Shown here: in pieces, positions 10,601 through 19,984 of the stretch
How the letters are laid out: each line of letters begins with the position of its first letter
Position numbering within the stretch: position 1 is the first letter of the stretch
Origin: an uncultured Actinomycetes bacterium
GTDB taxonomy: Bacteria > Actinomycetota > UBA4738 > JBBDTT01
Assembly (NCBI GenBank): GCA_963742735.1
Contig: CAVUMN010000002.1
Coordinates: 128,001-192,000 of the forward strand
Length of the DNA: 64,000 nt
Direction of reading: 5' to 3'
Notes under the pieces: generated by a model
What the model was told of the DNA's origin: nothing
The model's database searches: none
Seen by the model: only the letters and a program-made list of their open reading frames with translations
Translations under genes and position numbers: made by a program

Positions 10601-11070
10601 TGCTGATCCCGTCCCTCTCGGTGGCGACCGCCATCGAGTACGCGCGGGGGAACGCGGCGGCCGCGACCGCGCACCTGGACCGGGCGGCCGAGATCCTCGG
10701 GGCGTCGACGGGCACCCAGGGCACGCTCACCCAGCTCGATCTGCTGCGCGAGTCCGCGGCCGCGGGCGACCTCGCCCGATCGGAACTGTTGCTGTCTCGC
10801 GTCGGCGAGGCCACGAGGCGCGAGCGCCTGGCCCGCCTCTCGGGGGAGGCATACCTGGCCGAGGCGAAGGGCGATCGGGAAACGGCCGCGGCGGGATTCC
10901 GCGAAGCCGCCGGGCAATGGAAGGCGTTCGGCAGCGTCCCCGAGGAAGCCCACGCGCTGCTGGGCCTCGGCCGGGCGACCGGGGACCGCGAGGCGCTCCA
11001 ACAGGCGAGAGCCATCTTCGAGCGCCTCGGCGCGAAGCCGAGAGTCGAGGAGATCGACCGCCTGAGCTGA
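7672..11070 (+). CDS. Zn-ribbon / class III adenylate cyclase / STAND AAA ATPase / TPR protein
   Basis: CPVC..CLNC; VLFADLAGFT, EKFIGDAV, GDVINTASRLQ; GEPGVGKT, FEDLHWAD, GGNPLY; helical repeats at C-terminus. Confidence 0.9.
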   Translation: MVRCPVCNQENPEHAKFCLNCAAPLGAAAIPEAEERKVVSVLFADLAGFTARSEQSDPEDVRAILRPYHAALRKEIERYGGTVEKFIGDAVVGVFGAPVAHEDDAERAVRAALRIQDAIGEMNAAEPGLDLTVRSAVNTGEAVVTLAARTELGEAMVAGDVINTASRLQGVCPEGGVVVGEMTHRTTSGLFDYRQLDSVRVKGKREPVAVWQAVAPLSRFGVDVRQHADTPLVGRDDELDLLRRSLTRTLRESSVQLVTVIGEPGVGKTRLVSEVFAHVDELTDIVAWRQGRCLPYGEGVTYWALGEIVKAQAGILESDTPDEAAAKLEVAVNGVIEEEADRGWVRARLAPLTGLAVEQADQVEKGESFAAWRRFIEGIAARDPLVLVFEDLHWADPPLLEFIDHLVDYAIGVPMLVLCTARPELFESNPDWAGGKRNSTTIALTPLSEDETGRLVSALLQDVTLPPDVQTALLERAGGNPLYAEEFVRMLTDAGLLERTNGEVKLVTDRDIPVPDTVQALIAARLDTVPPERKALLHDASVVGKVFWSGALASMGPAGEPAVRDGLHELARKELVRPARTSSVKDQAEYAFWHVLVRDVAYSQIPRAARAAKHRAAAAWIETIAGDRVADHAELLAHHYVQALELARASGETEEAEALEEPAARFLQLAGDRAYLLDVPSADAYYRRALELFAKGRPGRGEFLAKASQTAYLRGELEEARRLVEEAVEVALAEDDQLSAGRALLHLAEVVSDLGRTEAGRAPLARAVEILEALPPGPDLARAYSFMARDRTLSGYPAEAVPWAEKALTLGREVGPPAVVVRSLQYRGMARQELGDPGGLEDSREALAVATASGLGWETARAYNNLSDQVWFEEGPQAGLRLIEEGLRIAEQRGDAFDVAWLTGTSMLQLYEAGEWDECLRRATGLLEWKAGESGSIGLIAAAAAEAVQVQRGEVDAAAALMEHWLPRGLESREPQMLIPSLSVATAIEYARGNAAAATAHLDRAAEILGASTGTQGTLTQLDLLRESAAAGDLARSELLLSRVGEATRRERLARLSGEAYLAEAKGDRETAAAGFREAAGQWKAFGSVPEEAHALLGLGRATGDREALQQARAIFERLGAKPRVEEIDRLS

Positions 11071-11154
11071 GAGATTCGTCACAAGGGGGTAGACGGACTC
11101 CGGCGCGCCTCCCACAATCCTCTCCGAGCGCTCATCTCGCCACCGGGAGGGTCC

Positions 11155-12690
11155 GTGTCCCGCCGCCGTACGCCGACAACACTCGTTGCCGCCGCCGTGT
11201 TCATCGTCATGGCTCTGGCATCGGGGTCGGTCCATGCCGAGGAGTGCACGCCCGGCCAGGACGGCTGCCTGCCCACGCCCGAGCAGTGCGCGACGGGCGA
11301 GCACAACGGCGTCGCCCTTGGCGAGGCGTTCCTCTCACTGTCGGTGTGCGCCGGCGCCGGGGGGGCGGCGCTCGTCTACGCCGGCGGCCAGCCGAACCCG
11401 CTCGCCCTGTGCGGCGCGATCGTCGTGGCCGGGCAGGTCCTGGCCGACGCCGATCCCAACGCCTGTACGGACGTCGACGGCCTGCTTCCTCCCCGCGTCC
11501 CGTATCGCGTGGTCCTGCCCGCGGACTATCGAACGTCGGGCCGCCGCTACCCCGTCGTCTACCTGCTCGCCGGCGGCGGCCACGACCAGGACGCGTGGCT
11601 CACCTACGACCCCGCCGATCCGAAGCTCCTGCAGACGCTGGCGAACCGAGGTGTGATCATCGTCTCGGTCTTCACGGGGATCACGTTCCACACCAACTGG
11701 CGCGACGGCACCGGCAACTACGAGTCGATGTTCGTCAACCAGGTCATCCCGGCGGTGGACCGGACGTATCGCACGATCGCCCGCCGAGGCGGACGGGCGA
11801 TCGCCGGGTTCTCGATGGGCGGCTACGGCGCGCTCGCCCTGGCCGCCCACCATCCGGACCTCTTCGCCGCGATCGGCTCGTTCTCCGGAGTGGCGGACAC
11901 CACGCAGGTGACGGAGGAGGTCAACTGGTATGTCGGGCCGGTCTCCCTCGGAACGTGGGATTCACCCGTGGGCCCCACCCCGTGGGGGGACCCCGTGACG
12001 AACGAGCTCTGGTGGCGGGACGCGAACCCCGTCGATCTGGTCCACTCCTACAACGGCACCTCGATCTGGCTGTCGACGGGTGACGGGACTCCGACCGAGG
12101 AGGAGCTTGCCGCCGGCGATCCGTTCGTGGCCCTGGGCGCGCAGGCCGAGGCGGCGATCTACCTGACGAACGAGACGCTGCACTCGGCGCTGGAGGGTGC
12201 CGGGATCCCGCACGACTACCGGGTCCATCCGGGGACCCACAGCGGCGTCGCGGCCGCGCGGGACCTGCGCGACTGGTTTCCGACGTTGTTGAAGGCCTTT
12301 GGCAGAAAGGATCCGGCGATCTTCCACCTGGATCGCGCGATCCCTGCGTTCGGGGCGTTCGGGTGGACGTTCCGCGCGGATCCGGAGCGGGCGCCCGAGG
12401 TCCTCCAGGTGGTGCGGGCCAGCCGCCGGGGCGTGTCGTTCCACGGATCGGGACAGACCCGCGTCACCACGCCGGCGTGGTTCCGGCCGGGGTCGCGGGT
12501 GCGGGTGAGCGACGAACTGGGCGCCGAGCCCGTGATCGGCACCGCCGGCAGGACGGGGAGGCTGTCCTTCACCGTCGACCTCGGCGCCCCGCATGCGTAC
12601 CAGCAGTACACGGCGCCCGCCCTCGCCGCGCAGTCGAACTCGTTCGCCCCCTACTGGGGGATCGCGATCCTGACGTTCACGATCCTCTAG
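11155..12690 (+). CDS. Secreted alpha/beta hydrolase (esterase, antigen 85-like)
   Basis: Signal peptide, YPVVYLL, AIAGFSMGGYGAL nucleophile elbow, PGTH. Confidence 0.8.
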   Translation: MSRRRTPTTLVAAAVFIVMALASGSVHAEECTPGQDGCLPTPEQCATGEHNGVALGEAFLSLSVCAGAGGAALVYAGGQPNPLALCGAIVVAGQVLADADPNACTDVDGLLPPRVPYRVVLPADYRTSGRRYPVVYLLAGGGHDQDAWLTYDPADPKLLQTLANRGVIIVSVFTGITFHTNWRDGTGNYESMFVNQVIPAVDRTYRTIARRGGRAIAGFSMGGYGALALAAHHPDLFAAIGSFSGVADTTQVTEEVNWYVGPVSLGTWDSPVGPTPWGDPVTNELWWRDANPVDLVHSYNGTSIWLSTGDGTPTEEELAAGDPFVALGAQAEAAIYLTNETLHSALEGAGIPHDYRVHPGTHSGVAAARDLRDWFPTLLKAFGRKDPAIFHLDRAIPAFGAFGWTFRADPERAPEVLQVVRASRRGVSFHGSGQTRVTTPAWFRPGSRVRVSDELGAEPVIGTAGRTGRLSFTVDLGAPHAYQQYTAPALAAQSNSFAPYWGIAILTFTIL

Positions 12691-12804
12691 GCCCGGGGCG
12701 AAACGGCTCCGGGGGCCGCTGCCCAATGCCCGCCAAGTTGCACGAAGAAGGACTATTGACTCCTGGCCGGGCGAAGCCCATAGCCTCGCCGCAACAACCG
12801 AGAG

Positions 12805-13650
12805 GCGGGCACGTTCACCTCGGGGAGCATCGGCACGACCAGCCTGGTCGTCGGTGAGACCTACTACAGCTGCGTGCAGGCATTCGACGCCGCCGGCAAC
12901 GAGAGCCCGATAACGGCATCCGACGGCGTCACGGTCGTCGCGCCCTCCTCCGGCGCCGACCTCGAGGCCGGCGTCGAGGACTCGGCCGACCCGGTCGCGG
13001 CCGGAACGACGCTCACCTACACCGCGCGGGTCCGCAACCTCGGCCCGGACGCGGCCACGAGCGTGACGGGCACCATCGAGCTCCCCGAATACGGGGTGTT
13101 CGTCTCGGCCACGCCGGGCCAGGGAACCTGCGGCACGCCGGTGAACAAGCTGATCAGCTGCAACTTCGGGACCATCGCCTCGGGTGCAACGGTGGACACC
13201 ACGGTCGTCGTGCGCATGACCCACGCCGGATCCCGCAGGCTCCGGCTGCTGGGGCTGGACTCCGCCGAGAACGAGCCGGTCTCGAACAACCACAGCAGCT
13301 CCGAGACGACGACGGTCAACGTCAACACCTCGGTGGTTCCGGGCGTGTCCTGCACCGTGGTCGGCACGAGTGCATCCGAGACCCTGGACGGCACGCCCGG
13401 CAACGACACGATCTGTCTGCTCGGGGGCAACGACGTCTCCAACGGCAAGGCCGGCAACGACCGGATCATCGGCGGCACGGGTATCGACAACCTCCAGGGC
13501 GGGGGAATGGGCAACGACACCCTGGAGGGCAACGGGGGCGGCGACACCCTGAACGTCAAGGACGGCTCGGGCGGCGACGCGGTCCACGGCGGCGACGGCT
13601 CCGACACCTGCAAGAAGGACCCGGGAGACACGGCCACGGGCTGCCCGTAG
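12805..13650 (+). pseudogene. 5'-truncated surface protein: FN3-like tail, DUF11 Ig-like domain, RTX Ca-binding repeats
   Basis: Frame reads ...GETYYSCVQAFDAAGNES (FN3 end), ADLEAGVEDSADPV..LTYT..VRNLGPDAA (DUF11) and GGxGxD repeats; no signal peptide; in-frame stop at 12781. Confidence 0.6.
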
Positions 13651-13707
13651 GGCCGTCCAGCCGCTCGCAGACGCGAGTCGGCGGTATCACGGCACTGCTA
13701 TATGGCC

Positions 13708-14067
13708 TCACGAAAGGGTCGCGGGCGGCCTGACCTCCAGCCCCGGCACCCTCGCGAAGTCGCGGGTGTTGCGGGTCATGAGGTCCAGCTTGTGAGCGAT
13801 CGCGGACGCCGCGATCAGCGCGTCGGGCGTCCGGATTCGGAGGTCGCGGCGCAGACGTCCGGCCCGCTCGGCGATCCGGCGGTCGACGGGGATCTCGGTG
13901 AACGGCGCGAGCAGGCGGTTGATGGTCCGCTCGTCGGCGCCGCGTCCGGCGAAGAGCTCGCACCGGGTGACGACGGAATAGGACACTCGGTCCGTGCCGG
14001 GATCGAACCTCCGCTCGCCGGTCAGGTGGGAGATCAGGACGTCGGTGTCGACCAGGACCTCAGCCAC
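13708..14067 (-). CDS. vapC: PIN-domain toxin (VapC)
   Basis: LVDTDVLI, CELFAG, PDALIAASA, TRNTRDF. Confidence 0.9.
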   Translation of the reverse strand: MAEVLVDTDVLISHLTGERRFDPGTDRVSYSVVTRCELFAGRGADERTINRLLAPFTEIPVDRRIAERAGRLRRDLRIRTPDALIAASAIAHKLDLMTRNTRDFARVPGLEVRPPATLS

Positions 14068-14281
14068 GGTCCCACTCGTCACGGGAGGGGGCCTTCAGGC
14101 GGGGGAGCGCGCCGAACGTAGCCTCGAGGGCCGATCCCGGATCCGGCGCCGCCCGGTCGAGATAGGCGTCCACCGCGTCTCGAATGACCTCTGCCAGGGA
14201 AACGTCCCGGCCCTTCGCGAGTTGATCCAGGCGTCGCCGCTGCTCGGCGGTCAGGTAGATCTGGGTGCGGGTGGATGCCAT
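14060..14281 (-). CDS. RHH/CopG antitoxin (VapB)
   Basis: RTQIYLT...SLAEVIRDAVD; overlaps vapC; TATAC-N6-GTATA inverted repeat at 14281-14296. Confidence 0.85.
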   Translation of the reverse strand: MASTRTQIYLTAEQRRRLDQLAKGRDVSLAEVIRDAVDAYLDRAAPDPGSALEATFGALPRLKAPSRDEWDRG

Positions 14282-14299
14282 ATACAGCGCAGTATACAT

Positions 14300-14704
14300 C
14301 TACATCGCTTTGTCCCCAGGCAGCCACCCGATCCCCTCCGCGATGCGTTCGACCCGTCGGACGATCGACCCGAACCCCCGCGGCTCCGGGTTCGAGTCGT
14401 CTCCCTCGACGGTCCGGTCACCGTCGCTGGTCCTGACGGTGATCGCCTGGGCGGAGGAGCAGGTCGTGAGCGGCGGGTACTCGGCGTCCCAGGTGAAGAA
14501 CCCGGACCGCTCGATGGACGAGGCGAGCGCCTCGAACTGCGCCGGTTCGAAGACGCCATGGTCGAATCCGAACGCCGAGACGAACGCGTCCCCGAACCAG
14601 GTGGCCGTCCCGTCGCGCCGCACCGTGCAGCGATAGACCGGGCACGGGCCGTAGCACATGCCCCGGCTGACGATGACCTCGAGGATGCCGCCGGCGGATC
14701 GCAT
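14300..14704 (-). CDS. DUF6438-like protein
   Basis: RGMCYGPCPVY...DGTATWFG motif. Confidence 0.6.
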   Translation of the reverse strand: MRSAGGILEVIVSRGMCYGPCPVYRCTVRRDGTATWFGDAFVSAFGFDHGVFEPAQFEALASSIERSGFFTWDAEYPPLTTCSSAQAITVRTSDGDRTVEGDDSNPEPRGFGSIVRRVERIAEGIGWLPGDKAM

Positions 14705-14763
14705 GCGCCCAGGCTACGAAGGGGGTATGACACGAACCGGATCCGAGTGAGGGGAGCGCAGCG

Positions 14764-15189
14764 ATGACGGAAGCGATCGTGGTTCAGCCGGGCGGGGGAG
14801 ACGAGGTCCGCACCGGCGGAGGCGTGGCGCACATCAAGGCGGAGCTCGAGGTCCTCCACGTGAACGAGGTCGAGTCCGGCCCGATGGACATGATCCCCCT
14901 GCACACCCACGAGCGGCACGCCGACGCGTTCTACGTCCTGGAGGGCGAGCTCGAGATCGCGACGTCGGAGACCGAGACGATCCGGCTGGGGGCCGGCGGG
15001 TTCGCCGTCGCCCCGCCGGGAGCCCTCCACGCGTTCGGCGTCCCCGAGCGGGCGCGATACCTGAACATCCATGCCCCCGGGATGGCCTTCGCGACCTACC
15101 TGCGCGAGCAGGTGGAGTACGGCCGGAAGGGCGAGCGCCCTCCACCCGAGTTCTTCGAGCGCTTCGACGTGCACTATCCGAATCAGTGA
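14764..15189 (+). CDS. Cupin domain protein
   Basis: PLHTH..ADAFYVLEGEL...GxxxxxPPGALH. Confidence 0.8.
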   Translation: MTEAIVVQPGGGDEVRTGGGVAHIKAELEVLHVNEVESGPMDMIPLHTHERHADAFYVLEGELEIATSETETIRLGAGGFAVAPPGALHAFGVPERARYLNIHAPGMAFATYLREQVEYGRKGERPPPEFFERFDVHYPNQ

Positions 15190-16085
15190 CTGAACGCGTC
15201 GCCGGCCTCGCGCTGGGGTTTGCCCTCGTCGTCGGGATCCTCGGATCCTGCGACGCCGAAGCCCCGGTGCCTACCGCCGCCCCGACCGCGATCGGCTCGC
15301 CGGTCTCGCCCGTTGCTTCGCCGCTTCCGGTCGCCATCCCCGAGCGTCCCTCGGCCGACGCCCGGGCCCTCGCCGCGGAGATCGAGCTGGTCGAGGACGT
15401 CCTGCACGACCCGACCGAGCCCGCGGAGCGCCTGCGAGCCGCCGGCGAGCTCCAGCAGCTGGCCTGCCGAAAGCTCGCGCGGGCGCCGGGCCTCATGGAG
15501 CGGGTGACGCCGTTGCTGTCGCCGCGGGCGCGCCGAAGCATGACCGCCGCCCTCACGGGCATCAGGGAGCTGTCGGTGATCGTCCCCGCACAGGAGGCGT
15601 TCCCCAGGGACTGGCGGATCGTGGCGCCCCCGCCGGCCGACGACCTCCTCGGGTACTACCGGGAGGCCGAACGCCGGTACGGCGTGCCGTGGGGCTACCT
15701 CGCGGCGATCCACCTGGTGGAGACGCGGATGAGCCGCATCGTGGGGCCGAGCTACGCCGGCGCCCAGGGACCGATGCAGTTCATCCCGTCGACGTGGGAG
15801 GCCTACGGCGAGGGCGGCGACATCCACGACACGCGCGACGCCATCATGGCGGCGGCCCGGCTGCTACGCGCCAACGGCGCACCGGGAAACATGGACAACG
15901 CCACCTATCGCTACAACCCGTCCTGGAACTACGTGGCCGGCATCAAGTCGCACGCGAGGCACATGCTCGCCGACCCCCGCGCCTTCTACGGGTACCACGC
16001 CTGGCGGGTGTTCTACCGGCATGTCGATGGGGAGTTCATCCTGCCCGTGGGGTACCCGAAGACTCGCCCCGAACCGGCGTCCTAA
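15186..16085 (+). CDS. Lytic transglycosylase (SLT) lipoprotein
   Basis: Lipobox LGSC; LAAIHLVET, AGAQGPMQFIPSTW, YRYN. Confidence 0.85.
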   Translation: MTERVAGLALGFALVVGILGSCDAEAPVPTAAPTAIGSPVSPVASPLPVAIPERPSADARALAAEIELVEDVLHDPTEPAERLRAAGELQQLACRKLARAPGLMERVTPLLSPRARRSMTAALTGIRELSVIVPAQEAFPRDWRIVAPPPADDLLGYYREAERRYGVPWGYLAAIHLVETRMSRIVGPSYAGAQGPMQFIPSTWEAYGEGGDIHDTRDAIMAAARLLRANGAPGNMDNATYRYNPSWNYVAGIKSHARHMLADPRAFYGYHAWRVFYRHVDGEFILPVGYPKTRPEPAS

Positions 16086-16095
16086 CGCCAGAGCG

Positions 16096-16827
16096 TCAGA
16101 AGCTGGTGCGCTCGGGGTCCTGGTCCCGGGCGTTCACGTCCTCATCCCAGTGATCGGCCCGGTTCCCCGTGGTCGGCAGCCCGCCGGCGTCCTTGAGCGC
16201 GCGGGCGGTGTGCATCAGGTTCCACGACATGATGGTGCAGTTCTTCAGCGTGAAGTCGTTGTCGTAGCCGACGGGTACCTCGGAGCCCTCGAGGACGTCC
16301 CCGTAGCTCGGGCCCGGGCCGGCCTCGCCGATCCAGCCGCAGTCGGCCTGCGGAGGGATCGTGTAGCCGATGTGCTGCATCGCGTAGAGGATCTGCATGG
16401 AGCACGCCTTGACGCCGTCCTCGTTGCCGGTGACCACGCAGCCCGCCGTCTTGCCGTAGTAGAGGTACTGGCCCTTCTCGTTGCGGTCTCCGCTGTAGGC
16501 GTACATCCGCTCGATCACCAGGCTCGCCACGCTCGACTTCATCCCGAGCCAGATCGGCGTGCCGACGACCAGGATGTCGGCGTCCATGATCTTGGCCTGG
16601 ATGCCCGGCCAGTCGTCGCGCGCCCGGCCACTCTCCGAGGTCGCGTCCTTCACCATCCCGAACGCGATCTCGTGATCCAGGACGTGCAGCAGCTCCACGG
16701 CGACTCCCTGCGACGCCATGATCCCCGCCGACCGCGCCAGCAGCCTCCGGGTGTGCGACGAAGCGGCGTCGTACTTGATGGAGCAGTTGAGCAGCAGGGC
16801 TTTGAGGTCTTCGAATCCGCTGGTCAT
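16096..16827 (-). CDS. Flavodoxin-family / NADPH-dependent FMN reductase
   Basis: ADILVVGTPIWLG, GKTAGCVVTGNEDG, IPPQADCGWIGEAGPGPSY. Confidence 0.85.
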   Translation of the reverse strand: MTSGFEDLKALLLNCSIKYDAASSHTRRLLARSAGIMASQGVAVELLHVLDHEIAFGMVKDATSESGRARDDWPGIQAKIMDADILVVGTPIWLGMKSSVASLVIERMYAYSGDRNEKGQYLYYGKTAGCVVTGNEDGVKACSMQILYAMQHIGYTIPPQADCGWIGEAGPGPSYGDVLEGSEVPVGYDNDFTLKNCTIMSWNLMHTARALKDAGGLPTTGNRADHWDEDVNARDQDPERTSF

Positions 16828-16847
16828 GCGGGCAGTCTACGCACGCG

Positions 16848-17258
16848 CTACGGGTGGATCTCGTACGTCGGCGTCAGGACGCGAACCAGGCGACGAACGG
16901 TCCTCTCCAGGGCGCGATCCGTCGTCACCAGGGTCGCGTCGAGGGCCTCGGCCAGGGTGACGTACATGGCATCGTACGGGCTGATCCGGTCCTGGAGCTG
17001 CCAGGCACGGTCGACCAGCGGGAACAGCGGGTAACGCGCCAGCGGCAGAGCCTCGAGGTCCTCGAGCGCTGCCCGGGCATCCCCTCGTCGCAGATGGCCA
17101 CCCAGCATCAGGCCGCGGATCGCCGAGAGCACCTCGACATCCACCAGGTGAGGGGCCGCGACGTTCGGCGCCGCCTCGCCCAGCCGCGCGGCGACCCACT
17201 CCTCGTGCTCCCGTCGCGCGAGCAGGTCGACCACCGCAGAGGCATCGAGGACGATCAC
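16848..17258 (-). CDS. vapC: PIN-domain toxin (VapC)
   Basis: IVLDASAVV, EV, YDAMYVTLAE, LVTTD. Confidence 0.9.
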   Translation of the reverse strand: MIVLDASAVVDLLARREHEEWVAARLGEAAPNVAAPHLVDVEVLSAIRGLMLGGHLRRGDARAALEDLEALPLARYPLFPLVDRAWQLQDRISPYDAMYVTLAEALDATLVTTDRALERTVRRLVRVLTPTYEIHP

Positions 17259-17488
17259 GGGAGCGGTCCACGGAGCTGCCGGATGATCTCGGCGCCGCCC
17301 GGGCCGTCCTTCTGCTTTGGACGCGATCGGATCCGTTGAAGCACCTCCTGCAGGCTTGGTCGATCGGCGAGGGGAGCGATCTCCGACAGCAGGTAGTCCG
17401 AAAGTGACATCCCGGCCAGGGCCGCCTTTGCCTTGAGCTTGCGGTGCACGTCCTCGGGAACGTTGCGGATCTGGATCATCTTCGACAT
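17255..17488 (-). CDS. FitA-like RHH antitoxin
   Basis: IQIRNVPEDVHRKLKAKAALAGMSLSDYL; overlaps vapC. Confidence 0.85.
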   Translation of the reverse strand: MSKMIQIRNVPEDVHRKLKAKAALAGMSLSDYLLSEIAPLADRPSLQEVLQRIRSRPKQKDGPGGAEIIRQLRGPLP

Positions 17489-17503
17489 GTCCTCCACATT
17501 AAC

Positions 17504-17520
17504 GCATGTGCACTACATGC
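17504..17520. promoter_or_regulatory. Inverted-repeat operator of the second vapBC
   Basis: GCATGT-GCACT-ACATGC directly upstream of the antitoxin start. Confidence 0.6.
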
Positions 17521-17550
17521 AGACGCACACGGCGAGGGAGGGTGACGAAC

Positions 17551-18399
17551 TTAGCTCGAGGCTCTGACACCGCCGCCGCGGAGACCCCGTGCACGGCCCG
17601 ATCCGTCTGCGGCCCGCCTCCGGCGACGTCCCCGGCCACCCTCGGCCACAGATCCGTCCTCCGCGGGTTCCACCGGCTCCGGCGAACCCGACAGGATCCG
17701 GTCGAGGGCCTCGTCCATGGGCCGGTCTTCGGAGCGCAGGAACGTCCGCAGCCAGGCCATCGCAGCCTCGAGCTGACGGAACGTCCTGGCCACCCGGGCC
17801 CGGATGTCCCGGTTCAGCTGCAGGCCGGCCATACGGCCCAGGATTCCGCTCAGGCGGTGCTGGACGTCGGCGAGCTCACGCGCCAACGACTCCTGCTGCC
17901 GCCGCCCGTGCAGCCCCTCCAACGGGCCGGGCGCCTCACGGGCCCCCCGGGCGCGGAGCTCCCGCTCGACCGCCGAACGGACGCGAGGATCGTCCAGCAC
18001 CTCCCGGACCCCGTCCCGGCTCCGCAGCATCGCCCGCGCGGTTTCCAGCCGGTCCCGGTCGCGACCCCGGCGATGGATCGCCCCCACGCCGCGACCCTCA
18101 CCGTCCGCCTTGCGCTCCAACCGAGTGGCCCGTTCCTTCGAGACGCTCGCCATCGTGTAGTACTCGTTGAACCTCCGCGTGCGCTCGGACGCGGGAAGCC
18201 CGCCGTACCGCTCCCAGACCTTCTTGAGCTGTGAGGCGTGGGACCGGCTGATGCCCAGCCGCTCCGCCCACCTCGTGAGGTCTCCGCGCTCGCCGTCGTG
18301 CCAGACGTCGTACGCGAGCTGCGCGAGCTCCCACTGGGTCTGCTCCGAATGCGTGAGGAGCGCTCGGCCCCTGGCCACCGCGGCCTCCAGATCCAACAT
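17551..18399 (-). CDS. DUF6192-like HTH/coiled-coil protein
   Basis: QWELAQLA..LTRWAERLGIS HTH-like segment; C-terminal MDEALDRILSG; GGAGG SD. Confidence 0.5.
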   Translation of the reverse strand: MLDLEAAVARGRALLTHSEQTQWELAQLAYDVWHDGERGDLTRWAERLGISRSHASQLKKVWERYGGLPASERTRRFNEYYTMASVSKERATRLERKADGEGRGVGAIHRRGRDRDRLETARAMLRSRDGVREVLDDPRVRSAVERELRARGAREAPGPLEGLHGRRQQESLARELADVQHRLSGILGRMAGLQLNRDIRARVARTFRQLEAAMAWLRTFLRSEDRPMDEALDRILSGSPEPVEPAEDGSVAEGGRGRRRRRAADGSGRARGLRGGGVRASS

Positions 18400-18761
18400 G
18401 CGGGCACCTCCTGTCAGGACGCCGGAGGCCCGCCTCCCGGTCGGCTGGGCCGGCCCCCGGAACGAGGCAAGCATTCTGCGCCCACCCGGACGCGGAATTC
18501 AAGGGGAAACAACTCAAGCCGAATCGGTATCGCGTATCTGCTATGTCGACGGTTGGGTGCCGGCCTCCGTCGCTTCACACGGTGCCCTTGACCATCGCCG
18601 AGAGGCAGGCTCCGCGCCGAACCCGGAGCGACGTCCGGCGAGCGAACCAACCGGGATCGCCGCGGCCGACGATCCCGTCCACCGCCCGATCCGGGCCGAA
18701 ATAGCGGATCCGCTATGCACGCGGGTGAGGCCCACCCGAGCCGGCGCCTACGCTCCCACCG

Positions 18762-19223
18762 GTGACTGAGACCCTGGACGCGCTGCGGGCGAAGTTCGAC
18801 GAGACCTTCGAGCAATGGGGCGTGACCCTCCCCGAAGACGACGTCGCCGAGCGCCGGTCCGGCTACCTGAAGCAGCAGGGCGGCTCCGGATCCGTCAGGT
18901 ACGTCTTCGGCAGCGACGACCGAGGCGAGTACCTGGAGTACTACGCCTTCCACCGCATCTGGGGCGACCACCACGCGCGGATCTACGAGTCCGGCGAGGT
19001 CGAGGCCCTGGAGGTCCTGCAGACGGGATACCCGATCGATCCGGATGATCCGGAGGTCGCCGCCCGGAACGAGCGGGAGATGATCGAGAGGAACCGGAAG
19101 CTGCTCGAAGAGCTCGAGACGGCGGGCCTCATGTCCGGAGGCCCCGTGCCAATGTCCTTCACGATCAACGCGACGCTGGTGTCGAACCCGGAGCTGGAGA
19201 AAGGAGGGAAGGAGGAGTCATGA
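18762..19223 (+). CDS. Hypothetical acidic protein
   Basis: Strong GC3 codon bias; stop overlaps next start (ATGA). Confidence 0.7.
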   Translation: MTETLDALRAKFDETFEQWGVTLPEDDVAERRSGYLKQQGGSGSVRYVFGSDDRGEYLEYYAFHRIWGDHHARIYESGEVEALEVLQTGYPIDPDDPEVAARNEREMIERNRKLLEELETAGLMSGGPVPMSFTINATLVSNPELEKGGKEES

Positions 19224-19765
19224 GTGGCGTCCCGATGAACCAACGCCCCCGGCTCCTCATCGACGTCGACGGCGTCATCAACGCCTTCGGCCGGCCGAAG
19301 CGCTCGCGGCGAACGATCGTCGGCCCGTACGAGATCGCGGTGCCGAGCGGAACGATCGGGAGGCTGCGGAGGATGATCAAGCCCTTCGACCCGATCTGGG
19401 CCACGACCTGGGCACAGCACGCACCGGTGTACATCAGCCCCCTGATCGGCGGCATCGGCGCCGACTGGGACTTCATCGAGTTCCCCTACCTCGGCCTCGA
19501 CCCGAGAGTGAAGCGAACCTGGAAGCTGGAAGGCCTCCTGGCCTGGGCCGAACGCGAGGAGAACGAGTCCCGCCCGCTGGTCTGGGTCGACGACGACCTC
19601 GACGAAGACGCCTTCGAATGGGCCGCCGCTCGAGTCGTCGCCGGCATCCCGACCGCGCTGGTCAAGACCGACGGCCTAGTGGGACTCTCAGAAGCCAACG
19701 TGGTCGAAGCTCTCGCTTTCGCGACGTCTTTGGAACGAGGCGACACCGTCTCTCGCCAAGCCTAA
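19220..19765 (+). CDS. HAD-superfamily phosphatase (HAD_SAK-like)
   Basis: LIDVDGVI, WATTW, WK, WVDDD, GL motifs. Confidence 0.75.
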   Translation: MSGVPMNQRPRLLIDVDGVINAFGRPKRSRRTIVGPYEIAVPSGTIGRLRRMIKPFDPIWATTWAQHAPVYISPLIGGIGADWDFIEFPYLGLDPRVKRTWKLEGLLAWAEREENESRPLVWVDDDLDEDAFEWAAARVVAGIPTALVKTDGLVGLSEANVVEALAFATSLERGDTVSRQA

Positions 19766-19767
19766 AG

Positions 19768-19968
19768 GCTCGACTTCATGTGAGCCAGATCGGCGTGCCT
19801 GTGACCAGGCGGTCGGCGTCCAGTTCATGGCCTGGATGCCGGCCGGTCGTCGCCGGCCCGCCCCTCCTCGGTCGGGTCCTTGACCATCCCGAACGCGATC
19901 TCGTGATCCAGGACCTGCAGGAGCTCGAGGTCGACCCCCGGGGGATGCCATGATCCCCGCCGACCGCA
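19768..19968 (-). pseudogene. Degenerate copy of the 5' part of the flavodoxin gene (16531-16736)
   Basis: Shared blocks such as GCTCGACTTCAT, GAGCCAGATCGGCGTGCC, ACCATCCCGAACGCGATCTCGTGATCCAGGAC and GCCATGATCCCCGCCGACCGC; indels present. Confidence 0.85.
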
Positions 19969-19984
19969 CCGAATGTGCGACGGG

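Noticed and set aside
7549-11304. 1315-aa minus-strand ORF
   Set aside because: Antisense shadow of the high-GC cyclase/STAND gene; only its last 63 codons look like a real small gene
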